NCBI GenBank assembly: GCA_016868785.1
Contig: VGFS01000006.1
Coordinates: forward strand, 7,184-71,183
Direction of reading: 5' to 3'
DNA from: Bacteroidota bacterium
GTDB lineage: Bacteria; Bacteroidota; Bacteroidia; NS11-12g; UBA955
Length of the DNA stretch: 64,000 nt
Of this stretch, positions 1-8,637 are shown one piece after another. A program made the translations under genes and the position numbers. The notes below the pieces were generated by a model. The model was not told the origin of the DNA. It saw nothing but the letters and a program-made list of their open reading frames with translations, and made no database searches. How positions within the stretch are numbered: position 1 is the stretch's first letter; each line of letters starts with the position of its first letter.

Positions 1-2
1 AA

Positions 3-1172
3 GCCGCCGCCATCCTAAACCCCAAGCGCAGCGATTGCACATACCCCTACAAAGAACTTTCAGGGGCAGGCATCGGCTTCAAACTCATCCAAGCCTACAA
101 CGAAAAACAAGGCATGCCCACTGAGATGGTCTATGACTACCTCGATATGGTGGCAGTAAGCATCGCCTCCGACTTGGTTGATATTCGCGGCGAAAACCGT
201 GTGCTCTCGTTCTATGGCTTGAGAAAATTGAACGAAAATCCAAGTATCGGACTGCAAACACTACTCGACGACTGTCCAAAAAAGGAACAATACAACATCT
301 CCGACATCATCTTTGGCATCGGTCCACGCATCAATGCAGCCGGAAGAATCGCCGACGCCAAAGCCGCGGTAAAAGTCTTGATCGAAAAAGACTACCACAC
401 CGCCAAGAAATACGCAAAAGTACTCTCCGAGCGCAATCATGAACGCAAAGAGTTGGATTCGGACATTACCCGCGACGCCATCGACATGGTACAAAACAGC
501 CCCCGACTGATGAGCAAATACTCCATGGTATTGCAGGGCGAAGGCTGGTCTAAAGGCGTTATAGGCATCGTTGCCTCCCGCATGGTAGAGCAGTTTTACA
601 AACCCACCATTGTCTTTTCACTAAACGATGGCATGCTCACCGGCAGCGCACGCAGCATCAAAACCTTCGACATCCACGAAGCCATCGGCGCCTGCGGCGA
701 TCTGGTGGAGCAGTTTGGCGGACACAAATACGCGGCAGGACTGAGCATCAAAGTGGAAAATTTCGATGCATTTGCCGATCGATTTGAGGCCATCGTCAGA
801 GAAACAGTCACCGAAGAAGATTTGGTTCCTGTGGTCGAATACGACTTGGAAATGGATACTGCCCTCATCACCCACGGCATGATGAAAATCCTGAAACAGT
901 TGTCGCCCTTCGGACCTGGAAATTCCATCCCCGTTTTCAGAAGCAACAACCTCAAAGCCAATCAAACCGCCAAAATCCTCAAAGATCGCCACCTAAAAAT
1001 GCAGGTTCAAACACCCAACGGCCCCATGGATTCTATTGGATTTGGCTTAGCAGAACACTGGCCCTCTGTCACAGACAGTCAGTTTTTCCATGCTTGCTAC
1101 TGCATCGAAGAAAACACATACAACGGCCGCACCAATTTGCAACTCCGATTGCAAGACATCAAAACCAATTAA
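3..1172 (+). CDS. recJ: Single-stranded-DNA-specific exonuclease RecJ, C-terminal ~390 aa (5' end lies left of the window)
   Basis: Frame 3 is open from base 3 (AAAILNPKRSDC..GAGIGFKLIQAY..), the same frame as track ORF 114..1172. DHH/DHHA1-type segments are present (DMVAVSIASDLV, GGHKYAAG) with a RecJ-like C-terminal region. Confidence 0.9.
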   Translation, partial: AAAILNPKRSDCTYPYKELSGAGIGFKLIQAYNEKQGMPTEMVYDYLDMVAVSIASDLVDIRGENRVLSFYGLRKLNENPSIGLQTLLDDCPKKEQYNISDIIFGIGPRINAAGRIADAKAAVKVLIEKDYHTAKKYAKVLSERNHERKELDSDITRDAIDMVQNSPRLMSKYSMVLQGEGWSKGVIGIVASRMVEQFYKPTIVFSLNDGMLTGSARSIKTFDIHEAIGACGDLVEQFGGHKYAAGLSIKVENFDAFADRFEAIVRETVTEEDLVPVVEYDLEMDTALITHGMMKILKQLSPFGPGNSIPVFRSNNLKANQTAKILKDRHLKMQVQTPNGPMDSIGFGLAEHWPSVTDSQFFHACYCIEENTYNGRTNLQLRLQDIKTN

Positions 1173-1196
1173 CGCAGAATTTCTTATCTTGCTAGG

Positions 1197-2633
1197 GTGA
1201 AGCGTAAACATTTCATCCAATCGCTCAGCGCCACCGCGGCGGGCACAATACTATTGCCAGAAAGTCTCTCGGCCAAGGCCTCCAAAGACAAAAAGAAGGA
1301 CGAAAACTCCCCAAAACCAACCTATATCCTACCCAAAGCAGGGATTCCATCGCACCCCCACAACGAGGCCTATTGGGGCGTAATCGCCACCAATTTCAAG
1401 CGTTCGACAGGATTCATCAACCTCGAAAACGGATATTTCAGCCACCAACCCCAAGGGACACTCTCCCACCATTTGGCCGCGGAAACCCACATCAATACCC
1501 AAACAAGCCATTTCATGCGCACGGCCCAGCAACAAGAAATTGAAGCCGCCAGAACGGCATTTGCCGAATTTCAGGGTTTATTGCCCAGCGAAGTGGCCTT
1601 TACCCGCAATACCACCGAAAGCCTCAACATCGTCATCATGGGTACGCAATGGCAGCCGGGCGATGAAGTTGTCATCGGCGATCAGGATTACGGCTCCATG
1701 GTAGAAGCCTTTCAACAAGCCGTTGCTAGATGGTCGATCCGCTTAAACGTAGCCCAAGTCCCCATCATTCCCCAAAGCGATGCCGAAATCATCCGGGCCT
1801 ACACCTCTTTGATTACCGCCCGCACAAAAATGTTGCACCTCACCCACATGATCAACCTCACCGGGCAACTCATCCCCGTGGTAGCCATCACCCGTGAAGC
1901 CAAAAAAATCAACCCCAACATTTTGGTCGTGGTCGATGCCGCCCACAGTTTGGCCCATACACCCATCGAAATGCTGGAACTCAGAAATTCCGGCGTAGAT
2001 GTCATTGGAGGCAGTTTACACAAATGGCTCTGCAACCCCATTGGAGTAGGATTCTTGTTCATCAAACAAAAACACATCAGAGAAGTGTGGCCGTTGATGG
2101 GTGATATCAGTGCTGAGCGCACCGACATCCGAAAATTTGAGCACCAAGGTACCCGACCCATCCACTCGCTGCAGACCATCCCCAAAGCCATAGAATTTCA
2201 TCGCCTTTTGGGCAGCGTGAGCAAATACAACCGCCTCACCTACCTCAAACTGCTTTGGATTGGCAACAAGCAGGCGCTAGAGAATTTCGGAAAAGGATTG
2301 GGCATTTTGAACGATCCCCAATACCAAGCCAACATGAATGCCGTTACCGATCTGATGAACATGGATGCATTCAAACTGCAGTCCCCCCTGCTGCCATTCA
2401 ACCGCGGCGGAGCCATCGCCACCGTCAACATCAACGGCTACACCCCCACAGAATTGGCCACAACCCTGTTCAACAAATTTGGCCTTTTCACTGTAGCCAT
2501 TGAACACCCCATCATTCGCGGCATCCGGGTAACGCCCCACCTCAGCAGCAGCACAGCAGATTGCATCGCGCTAAACAAAGCCCTTACCGCCATTTGCATT
2601 GATTTGATTCCGCACTTGGAACCCCAGAAATAA
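1197..2633 (+). CDS. Aminotransferase class V-fold PLP-dependent enzyme (isopenicillin-N-epimerase / cysteine-desulfurase-like) with an N-terminal Tat-like signal peptide
   Basis: 478-aa ORF with a GTG start. PLP-lysine motif GGSLHKWL, and TRNTTESLN and DAAHSL segments typical of fold-type I class V. N-terminus MKRKHFIQSLSATAAGTILLPESLSA resembles a Tat/Sec leader. Confidence 0.75.
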   Translation: MKRKHFIQSLSATAAGTILLPESLSAKASKDKKKDENSPKPTYILPKAGIPSHPHNEAYWGVIATNFKRSTGFINLENGYFSHQPQGTLSHHLAAETHINTQTSHFMRTAQQQEIEAARTAFAEFQGLLPSEVAFTRNTTESLNIVIMGTQWQPGDEVVIGDQDYGSMVEAFQQAVARWSIRLNVAQVPIIPQSDAEIIRAYTSLITARTKMLHLTHMINLTGQLIPVVAITREAKKINPNILVVVDAAHSLAHTPIEMLELRNSGVDVIGGSLHKWLCNPIGVGFLFIKQKHIREVWPLMGDISAERTDIRKFEHQGTRPIHSLQTIPKAIEFHRLLGSVSKYNRLTYLKLLWIGNKQALENFGKGLGILNDPQYQANMNAVTDLMNMDAFKLQSPLLPFNRGGAIATVNINGYTPTELATTLFNKFGLFTVAIEHPIIRGIRVTPHLSSSTADCIALNKALTAICIDLIPHLEPQK

Positions 2634-2637
2634 AGGG

Positions 2638-4215
2638 TTATGGGTTGATTTTTACCCGAACAATTACGTCGTTGGTGGTATCTGAATCCAACAAGCCCGA
2701 CTGATAGATGGTGCGATAATTTCGCAACGACATCAGTTCTGACCGATCCATGTTTCCGTCGCGTCGGCCATGAAAATTATCCCACAGAATCACCGACCCC
2801 AAGGGCAACCAATCATGGGCACCGCTGTCTTTTGTGTCCACCGACCAAATCGAAAGCGTTCTGCTGGCTTTGGGCCATTGAGCCACAGGATTCGCTGGCA
2901 TCCACTCTCCGCTGGGCGATTGAGGATGCAATTCCAATTCCGCGCCCCAAGGATCCAACTGCTTAAACACATTGATGGCCGGAATTTGATGAACCAAAAG
3001 GGCGTCTTTGTATTCATTCGAAGCCTGTATCCATCCCAAGGCCTCAGCCACAGGCTTGTTATCATCATGACCGTTGTAAATCACATAATACTGCGCAACA
3101 CCCTGCCAGGGATACGGCAAACCCGCGCCGGGGAAGGCAACCAAGAACATTCCGGCCGACACCATAGCTTTCAGTGCGCGATTCAACAAACGAATCTCTA
3201 TCCGCATGATGCGGTCCAAGCTATACATCGATAGCAAGGCCATGATTGGGGAAACGGTGACGAATACCCTGACCAGACCGTGAGAACCCATGGCACCTTT
3301 CCACCATAGGATGCTGTGCGCAAGAAAAAAGCCTCCGAGCAAAGGCCACCACAACCACAGGGCCATCTGGCTATTTTGCGCCGGGGTTTTGCGTTTGAGT
3401 CTTCTTGCCACGTAGGCCAGCACCAAACAAAGCGACACCAAACAAAGCGATGTCACAATGATGCCCATGATTTCTTTTTGATGCGATGCATAATGCCAAA
3501 TACTACCATGTCCAGCATCAAACCCACCGTCAACCTCTTGTCGCACATAGGGATTCTTGACGATCAACCAATTCCATTCCCCACTGGCTATAGCGCCCAA
3601 TAATCCGTAAAAGAGCACACCCACGGTTGCCAAAGGCATATATTTCCAGCGTTTTCTCAGGGCCAAAAAGAACAAAATGGCGGCCAACAGCACAAATCCC
3701 TCGCTGCGGATCACCGGCAGAAATGAGGCAATCAACGTTGCCGATTTCCAGCGATTTCCTGCATACAAATAACAAATCCACACCAAAACGAGTGCATTGG
3801 AAGGCTCTGTGAGGGCGGAATGAACATTCGACAACACGATGGGTTGCCATGCGAACAAGAATATCACCATCCATGGGTTTTTCAGTCCCAGTTTCCTGGC
3901 GGTGAGGTACGACAGCCATGCGGTTCCTAAAACACACAGGTGGTTGAGCAACAAAACGGCGCCAATGCCAAACTGAGCAAACGGCAAAGCCAACAAGGTA
4001 AAAAACGGCTTGCCCCACTGATCCAATATCAATGCTGGATGTTGAATGGCCCACCGTGCGTAAAGGTAATGATTCCAGGAATCTTGTCCGCCTGCAGGCA
4101 CCGGAGTAATCACGGCGATGTACACGTTCACCAGGGCAACTACGGCCATGGCCATGGCGGCCGCGCTGGAATTGCGATTCCATTCGATGGGAAACCTGGG
4201 ATTGCGGGCCGACAT
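2638..4215 (-). CDS. Polytopic inner-membrane protein, possible GT-C-fold glycosyltransferase
   Basis: 525-aa ORF. About 350 aa of repeated hydrophobic helices are followed by a soluble ~150-aa C-terminal domain. The architecture resembles ArnT/PMT-like enzymes, but I cannot place the family from sequence alone. Confidence 0.55.
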   Translation of the reverse strand: MSARNPRFPIEWNRNSSAAAMAMAVVALVNVYIAVITPVPAGGQDSWNHYLYARWAIQHPALILDQWGKPFFTLLALPFAQFGIGAVLLLNHLCVLGTAWLSYLTARKLGLKNPWMVIFLFAWQPIVLSNVHSALTEPSNALVLVWICYLYAGNRWKSATLIASFLPVIRSEGFVLLAAILFFLALRKRWKYMPLATVGVLFYGLLGAIASGEWNWLIVKNPYVRQEVDGGFDAGHGSIWHYASHQKEIMGIIVTSLCLVSLCLVLAYVARRLKRKTPAQNSQMALWLWWPLLGGFFLAHSILWWKGAMGSHGLVRVFVTVSPIMALLSMYSLDRIMRIEIRLLNRALKAMVSAGMFLVAFPGAGLPYPWQGVAQYYVIYNGHDDNKPVAEALGWIQASNEYKDALLVHQIPAINVFKQLDPWGAELELHPQSPSGEWMPANPVAQWPKASRTLSIWSVDTKDSGAHDWLPLGSVILWDNFHGRRDGNMDRSELMSLRNYRTIYQSGLLDSDTTNDVIVRVKINP

Positions 4216-4231
4216 ATGGCGAAGTTAATAA

Positions 4232-4265
4232 AAAGGGGCGGCAATCTCACGATTGCCGCCCCTTT
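4232..4265 (-). terminator. Rho-independent terminator downstream of the leucine dehydrogenase gene
   Basis: 15-bp GC-rich inverted repeat AAAGGGGCGGCAATC / GATTGCCGCCCCTTT with a 4-nt loop, followed on the minus strand by TTTTTATTAA. It lies 32 nt past the stop at 4297. Confidence 0.8.
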
Positions 4266-4296
4266 GGGATATACCCTGCCGACGCAGGATGAAAGA

Positions 4297-5400
4297 TTAA
4301 TACGTGCTATGCACCAACATCATGTCTTGAATGCGTTTTTCAGCATGCAAGATAGCGGCCTGTTGGTTGCTTACATTTTCACGCTCAGACTTCTTGTAAA
4401 TCTCCAAAATGGTGTTGTAAATGTTCTCGGTTTGAGACATGGCGTTTTCACGAACATACCCATTGTATTCTGAGTAAACGTTGATCAAACCACCGGCATT
4501 GATCACAAAATCAGGGGCATAGATAATGCCCTTGGCTTTCAATGCATCGCCATGGATTTTCTCATCTTCCAATTGGTTGTTGGCAGCTCCGGCAACAATG
4601 GCACACTTCAACTTGGGCAAAGTAACATCGTTGATGATGCCACCCAAAGCGCAAGGAGCAAAAATATCGACATCCAAACCAACCATGTCCTCACCGCTCA
4701 CGATGGTAGCCCCAAATTGGGTTGCCGCCGCTTGCAAAGCAGAATCGTTGATATCAGCCACATACAATTTCACCCCCTCTTTGTGAAGGTATTCCAACAA
4801 ATGCATGCCCACTTTACCGATGCCCATTACGGCAGCAGAACGACCTGCCAAGCTATCATTTCCCCAAGCCTGTTTTGCAGAAGCTTTGATACCCATGTAA
4901 GTTCCATAAGCAGTAACTGGAGAAGGATCTCCACCACCACCCATGCTTTCTGGCAATCCAACTACGTGGTCTGTTTCCATGTTCACGTATTCCATGTCGC
5001 GCGTGGTTGTTCCCACATCTTCAGCAGTGATGTATTTGCCGTTGAGGTTTTCAACAAAACGACCGAATTTACGCATCAAGGCTTCCGACTTCATGGTTTT
5101 GGGATCACCGATAATTACAGCTTTCGCACCCCCAAGGTTCAACCCAGCCACAGAGGCTTTGTAGGTCATACCGCGCGACAAACGCATCGCATCGCGAATG
5201 GCGTCTTTTTCGTGGGTGTAATGCCAGAATCGGGTACCACCCAAACCAGGGCCCAATACGGTATTGTGAATGGCAATAATTGCCTTAAGTCCAGTAGCGT
5301 GATCTTGACAAAATACGATTTGCTCGTGATTTGTAGATTCCAAGCCAGCAAATAAATCAAATGATGTTGCAGGCAAATTCTGAGTTTGAACGTCAGCCAT
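4297..5400 (-). CDS. Leucine (branched-chain amino acid) dehydrogenase, Glu/Leu/Phe/Val dehydrogenase family
   Basis: MADVQ..IVFCQDHATGLKAIIAIHNTVLGPGLGGTRFW..MTYKASVAGLNLGGAKAVI.., with the Rossmann motif GIGKVG. I place the start at the ATG at 5400 rather than the track start at 5565; the upstream 55 codons have no family counterpart and run into the neighbouring gene. Confidence 0.85.
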   Translation of the reverse strand: MADVQTQNLPATSFDLFAGLESTNHEQIVFCQDHATGLKAIIAIHNTVLGPGLGGTRFWHYTHEKDAIRDAMRLSRGMTYKASVAGLNLGGAKAVIIGDPKTMKSEALMRKFGRFVENLNGKYITAEDVGTTTRDMEYVNMETDHVVGLPESMGGGGDPSPVTAYGTYMGIKASAKQAWGNDSLAGRSAAVMGIGKVGMHLLEYLHKEGVKLYVADINDSALQAAATQFGATIVSGEDMVGLDVDIFAPCALGGIINDVTLPKLKCAIVAGAANNQLEDEKIHGDALKAKGIIYAPDFVINAGGLINVYSEYNGYVRENAMSQTENIYNTILEIYKKSERENVSNQQAAILHAEKRIQDMMLVHSTY

Positions 5401-5467
5401 GATAATGGGTGCAAAGATACGGAGAATTGAGTTAAAAAAATCGTTTTTATAAGTGTCAATCAGACAA

Positions 5468-6466
5468 TTAAGATTGAGACGGAATGGGCCTTGGCGAATG
5501 TTTGGCTGCGGCCTCTGCGATGGCACGAATATGATCGGGCGTTGTACCACAGCAACCACCCACAATGTTCACCCAACCATTCTTGCACCAGTCTTCCAAC
5601 ACGGCGGCCATCCCCTCGGGGGTATCGTCGTATTCCCCAAATTCATTGGGCAAACCCGCATTGGGATAGCAGCTAATTGGAACCCAGGCCACGCGCGACA
5701 TTTCTTCAATGAACGGACGCATTTGTGGGGCACCCAGGGCGCAATTCAGTCCCACACTCAGCAAATTCCCGTGCGAAATGGATATCCAAAACGCCTCCGC
5801 GGTTTGTCCACTCAGCGTACGACCGGAATTATCAGTGATAGTACCACTGACCATCACGGGGATATCGATTCCGCGCGCTTCTTTGATGGTATTGATGGCA
5901 AACAGGGCCGCTTTGCAGTTTAGGGTATCAAAAACGGTCTCCACCAATAGCAGGTGCACACCGGCATCGATGAGCGCATTGACTTGTTCGGTGTAGCAGT
6001 CCACGAGTTCATCGAAGGACACGGCCCGAAATCCCGGGTTGTTCACATCGGGCGATAAACTGGCCGTTTTGTTTGTAGGTCCGATAGACCCCGCCACATA
6101 CCTCGGTTTTGAGGGATTGAGCGCGGTATATTCTGCGGCGGCGGCCAGCGCAAGCGCTGCCGCCGCCGCATTCAACTCCTTCACCAAATCAACCATGTGA
6201 TAATCCAACATGGAAATTGCATTGGCGTTGAACGTATTTGTCTCTATGATATCGGCCCCCGCCAACAAAAATTGCTTGTGAATGTCCGAAATGATTTGTG
6301 GCTGTGTTAACACCAACAAATCATTGTTCCCCTGCAACGCATGCGGAAAATCGGCAAAACGCGGTCCGCGGTAGTCAGCCTCCGATAACTTGTGTTTTTG
6401 AATCATGGTACCCATGGCACCATCAATAATCATGATCCGCTCGCGCAGATGGTCCTGTATTTTCAT
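5468..6466 (-). CDS. Homocysteine S-methyltransferase (stand-alone homologue of the N-terminal Hcy-binding module of methionine synthase MetH)
   Basis: [11 protein letters not shown].., [30 protein letters not shown], and the Zn-ligand region GLNCALG...[12 protein letters not shown]. The ORF stops right after the Hcy domain at 332 aa. Confidence 0.85.
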   Translation of the reverse strand: MKIQDHLRERIMIIDGAMGTMIQKHKLSEADYRGPRFADFPHALQGNNDLLVLTQPQIISDIHKQFLLAGADIIETNTFNANAISMLDYHMVDLVKELNAAAAALALAAAAEYTALNPSKPRYVAGSIGPTNKTASLSPDVNNPGFRAVSFDELVDCYTEQVNALIDAGVHLLLVETVFDTLNCKAALFAINTIKEARGIDIPVMVSGTITDNSGRTLSGQTAEAFWISISHGNLLSVGLNCALGAPQMRPFIEEMSRVAWVPISCYPNAGLPNEFGEYDDTPEGMAAVLEDWCKNGWVNIVGGCCGTTPDHIRAIAEAAAKHSPRPIPSQS

Positions 6467-7362
6467 TGTGTAATGTCGCTAATTTTTTGATTTAAAATGC
6501 GCGATAGCAAATCCAATGCGGTATGGGCCGACATTCGATTTTGCTGATCAATGCAATCTTCTAACTGGGCAGGGTATTTGGCTTTGGCCACCAACATCAA
6601 AGGCGAAACCGATGACCCCGAGGACTTACTCGGGTAAGAAAATTTTACAAAGTGTTGCTTGGCATCTCCTGCCTCCACCGACGGAAAATCAATGGCTTGC
6701 GACAGCCCAAAAGCGGGTGCAGTGGAATAAAAGACCACCTCCGGCTCATCGGTGTACAACGATTGAATTTCTTCCTTTTGCATCAACGTATGCGTTTTCT
6801 CAGCAAACACTTGGTCAAACGCTTTTTCCGCCACCTTGTAATCCGCCGCAGAATCACTGGGCTTAAAAATTACCAACGCCTTATATTTAAAAGCCACATA
6901 GGCCCTTCCATTCTGAAATTCCGCATAAAAATACCGGCCTTTGTCGATCCCCCCCTTAACCAAATTTCGCTTTCGCAACGATTGCAAAAACGACTTAAAT
7001 CGCTCTTCAGAAGTCAATGACAGTGCAAAAAAATCACCCTCGTTCAACCCAAATGCCACAACATCAGAATACAAAGCCAAGCCGGGCTCTCCCGCATCTT
7101 TCACTTTGGCAAAAATGGGCAAATTGGCGATCGTTTTTCGCAACACCTCCACCCCTGCAGGCGGGACTTGTGTTTTGGCAAAATCGGCCCGCAACAACTT
7201 GGTTTGAACATGTAAAAACCATTGGGCGGTGGCGGGGACAACAAGCACCAACCGACTCCGTGCATTAAAGTTATACCACAGATAAACACCCACCGACAGG
7301 ACCGTGAGTGCAGTTAGCCCCATGATGGTAAACGCAATCCTACGAAATCCTTTGTCTATCAC
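6463..7362 (-). CDS. Hypothetical membrane-anchored protein (single N-terminal TM helix)
   Basis: 299-aa ORF with a 4-nt ATGA overlap onto the downstream Hcy-methyltransferase gene. N-terminal anchor FTIMGLTALTVLSVGVYLWY. No family recognised. Confidence 0.6.
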   Translation of the reverse strand: MIDKGFRRIAFTIMGLTALTVLSVGVYLWYNFNARSRLVLVVPATAQWFLHVQTKLLRADFAKTQVPPAGVEVLRKTIANLPIFAKVKDAGEPGLALYSDVVAFGLNEGDFFALSLTSEERFKSFLQSLRKRNLVKGGIDKGRYFYAEFQNGRAYVAFKYKALVIFKPSDSAADYKVAEKAFDQVFAEKTHTLMQKEEIQSLYTDEPEVVFYSTAPAFGLSQAIDFPSVEAGDAKQHFVKFSYPSKSSGSSVSPLMLVAKAKYPAQLEDCIDQQNRMSAHTALDLLSRILNQKISDITQ

Positions 7363-7416
7363 AACTGCAAAGGAACTATACAGATGTCAAATCCGTAGGA
7401 ATATTTAAGGTTTCCC

Positions 7417-7460
7417 AAAAAATAAATTTGGGTGCCTACCACCAAGGTAAACACCCAAAT
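7417..7460 (-). terminator. Rho-independent terminator of the Cys-rich protein gene
   Basis: ATTTGGGTG (7426..7434) pairs with CACCCAAAT (7452..7460). On the minus strand the hairpin is followed by TTTATTTTTT. Confidence 0.6.
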
Positions 7461-7485
7461 CAGAGGAATTCGTAATTGTGTTTGA

Positions 7486-7941
7486 TTATTTCTTGCAGCA
7501 AGGCTTGCCCTCAGTTCCCGCAGCGCAGGCCTTCTTTACAGGGGCAGAACCAGGAGCCGCGATAGGCGCAGCAACCGCTGCAGCTGGAGCAGCCGCAGAA
7601 GCAGATGCAGATGCATCTCCATGACCGCCACACTTGTGCTCAGCAGAACCACCACAAGCCGCTTTGGGAGCCATGGCAGGGGCTGCAGCAGACGCTGAAG
7701 CCGCAGAACCTTCCTTCTTGCAGCAGGCTTTTACCTCACCATTGGCTGCACCGGCTTTGCTACATCCAGCAGCTGAACCTTCTTTTTTGCAACAGGCTTT
7801 GGTTGGCGCTACTGCCGCAGCAGGGGCTACTTGTGCCACTTCAATGGCAGGGGTGTTATTTTGGGTTTCGCCCGCAGTTTGGGCCTGAGAAGTGATTGCA
7901 AAACCAGCAATCAACAATCCAAAAGCGATGATTTTTTTCAT
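7486..7941 (-). CDS. Secreted Ala/Cys/Lys-rich low-complexity protein with three CCKK motifs, unknown family
   Basis: Sec signal MKKIIAFGLLIAGFAITSQA|QT. The mature ~130 aa are about one-third Ala, carry 10 Cys and have no aromatic residues. KACCKKEGSAA occurs twice, plus HKCGGHGD and a C-terminal KPCCKK. The gene has its own -7 box and terminator. Confidence 0.65.
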   Translation of the reverse strand: MKKIIAFGLLIAGFAITSQAQTAGETQNNTPAIEVAQVAPAAAVAPTKACCKKEGSAAGCSKAGAANGEVKACCKKEGSAASASAAAPAMAPKAACGGSAEHKCGGHGDASASASAAAPAAAVAAPIAAPGSAPVKKACAAGTEGKPCCKK

Positions 7942-7960
7942 ATGATTTTCTCTATTTATA

Positions 7961-7968
7961 CAAAGATA
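7961..7968 (-). promoter_or_regulatory. Candidate Bacteroidota -7 box (TATCTTTG) for the Cys-rich protein gene
   Basis: Minus-strand TATCTTTG, 19 nt upstream of the ATG at 7941. Confidence 0.4.
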
Positions 7969-7985
7969 CTATACAGACTTTACAT

Positions 7986-8636
7986 TTACCACTTCGCAAT
8001 AACGGTCTCTCCACCCACAGTTTTTTGGTCCAACTGAACCAAAATCTCCGCATCCAAAGGCAAATACAAATCGATCCGTGAACCAAATTTGATAAACCCG
8101 TATTCATCGCCCTTCGTGTAGGCTTGTCCCGGCTTTGCGTAACAAACAATGCGTCGGGCCAAGGCCCCAGCAATCTGTCTGAACAAAATTTGCTTGCCGT
8201 TTTCTTCCATCACCACGGTTGTCCTTTCGTTTTCGGTACTGCTTTTCGGATGCCAAGCCACCAAATACTTGCCCGGAAAATACTTTTGGTACAACACCGT
8301 TCCGCTAACAGGTGCACGATTCACGTGAACGTTAACGGGCGACATAAAAATGGAAATTTGCTTCCGTTGGTCTTTGAAGTATTCACCTTCTTCCACATTT
8401 TCAATCACAACCACCTTGCCATCGGCAGGGGCAATGATGAGTCCCTCACCTTGGGGCGTGTTGCGCGATGGATTGCGAAAAAACTGCACCACCATCACAA
8501 AGAACAGTAACGACAAACCCAAAAAGATTTGCGACACCAATCCTTCGCCTAGCAGCCATTGAACACCCACATTCAACAAAACCAGCACCAGCGTTGTGAC
8601 AAAAATGATGGTATATCCTTCTCTGTGTAATCTCAT
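7986..8636 (-). CDS. psd: Phosphatidylserine decarboxylase proenzyme (short type)
   Basis: 216 aa with an N-terminal TM pair and a C-terminal GDEYGFIKFGSRIDLYLP containing the G-S self-cleavage site. Confidence 0.9.
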   Translation of the reverse strand: MRLHREGYTIIFVTTLVLVLLNVGVQWLLGEGLVSQIFLGLSLLFFVMVVQFFRNPSRNTPQGEGLIIAPADGKVVVIENVEEGEYFKDQRKQISIFMSPVNVHVNRAPVSGTVLYQKYFPGKYLVAWHPKSSTENERTTVVMEENGKQILFRQIAGALARRIVCYAKPGQAYTKGDEYGFIKFGSRIDLYLPLDAEILVQLDQKTVGGETVIAKW

Positions 8637-8637
8637 C

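Noticed and set aside
4552-5355. 267-aa ORF on the plus strand.
   Set aside because: It is antisense to leucine dehydrogenase. It is a shadow ORF.
5401-5565. The 55-codon N-terminal extension of the leucine dehydrogenase ORF given in the track (start 5565).
   Set aside because: The extension overlaps the 3' end of the upstream Hcy-methyltransferase gene and has no counterpart in the dehydrogenase family. The family-like N-terminus begins at MADVQ (ATG 5400).
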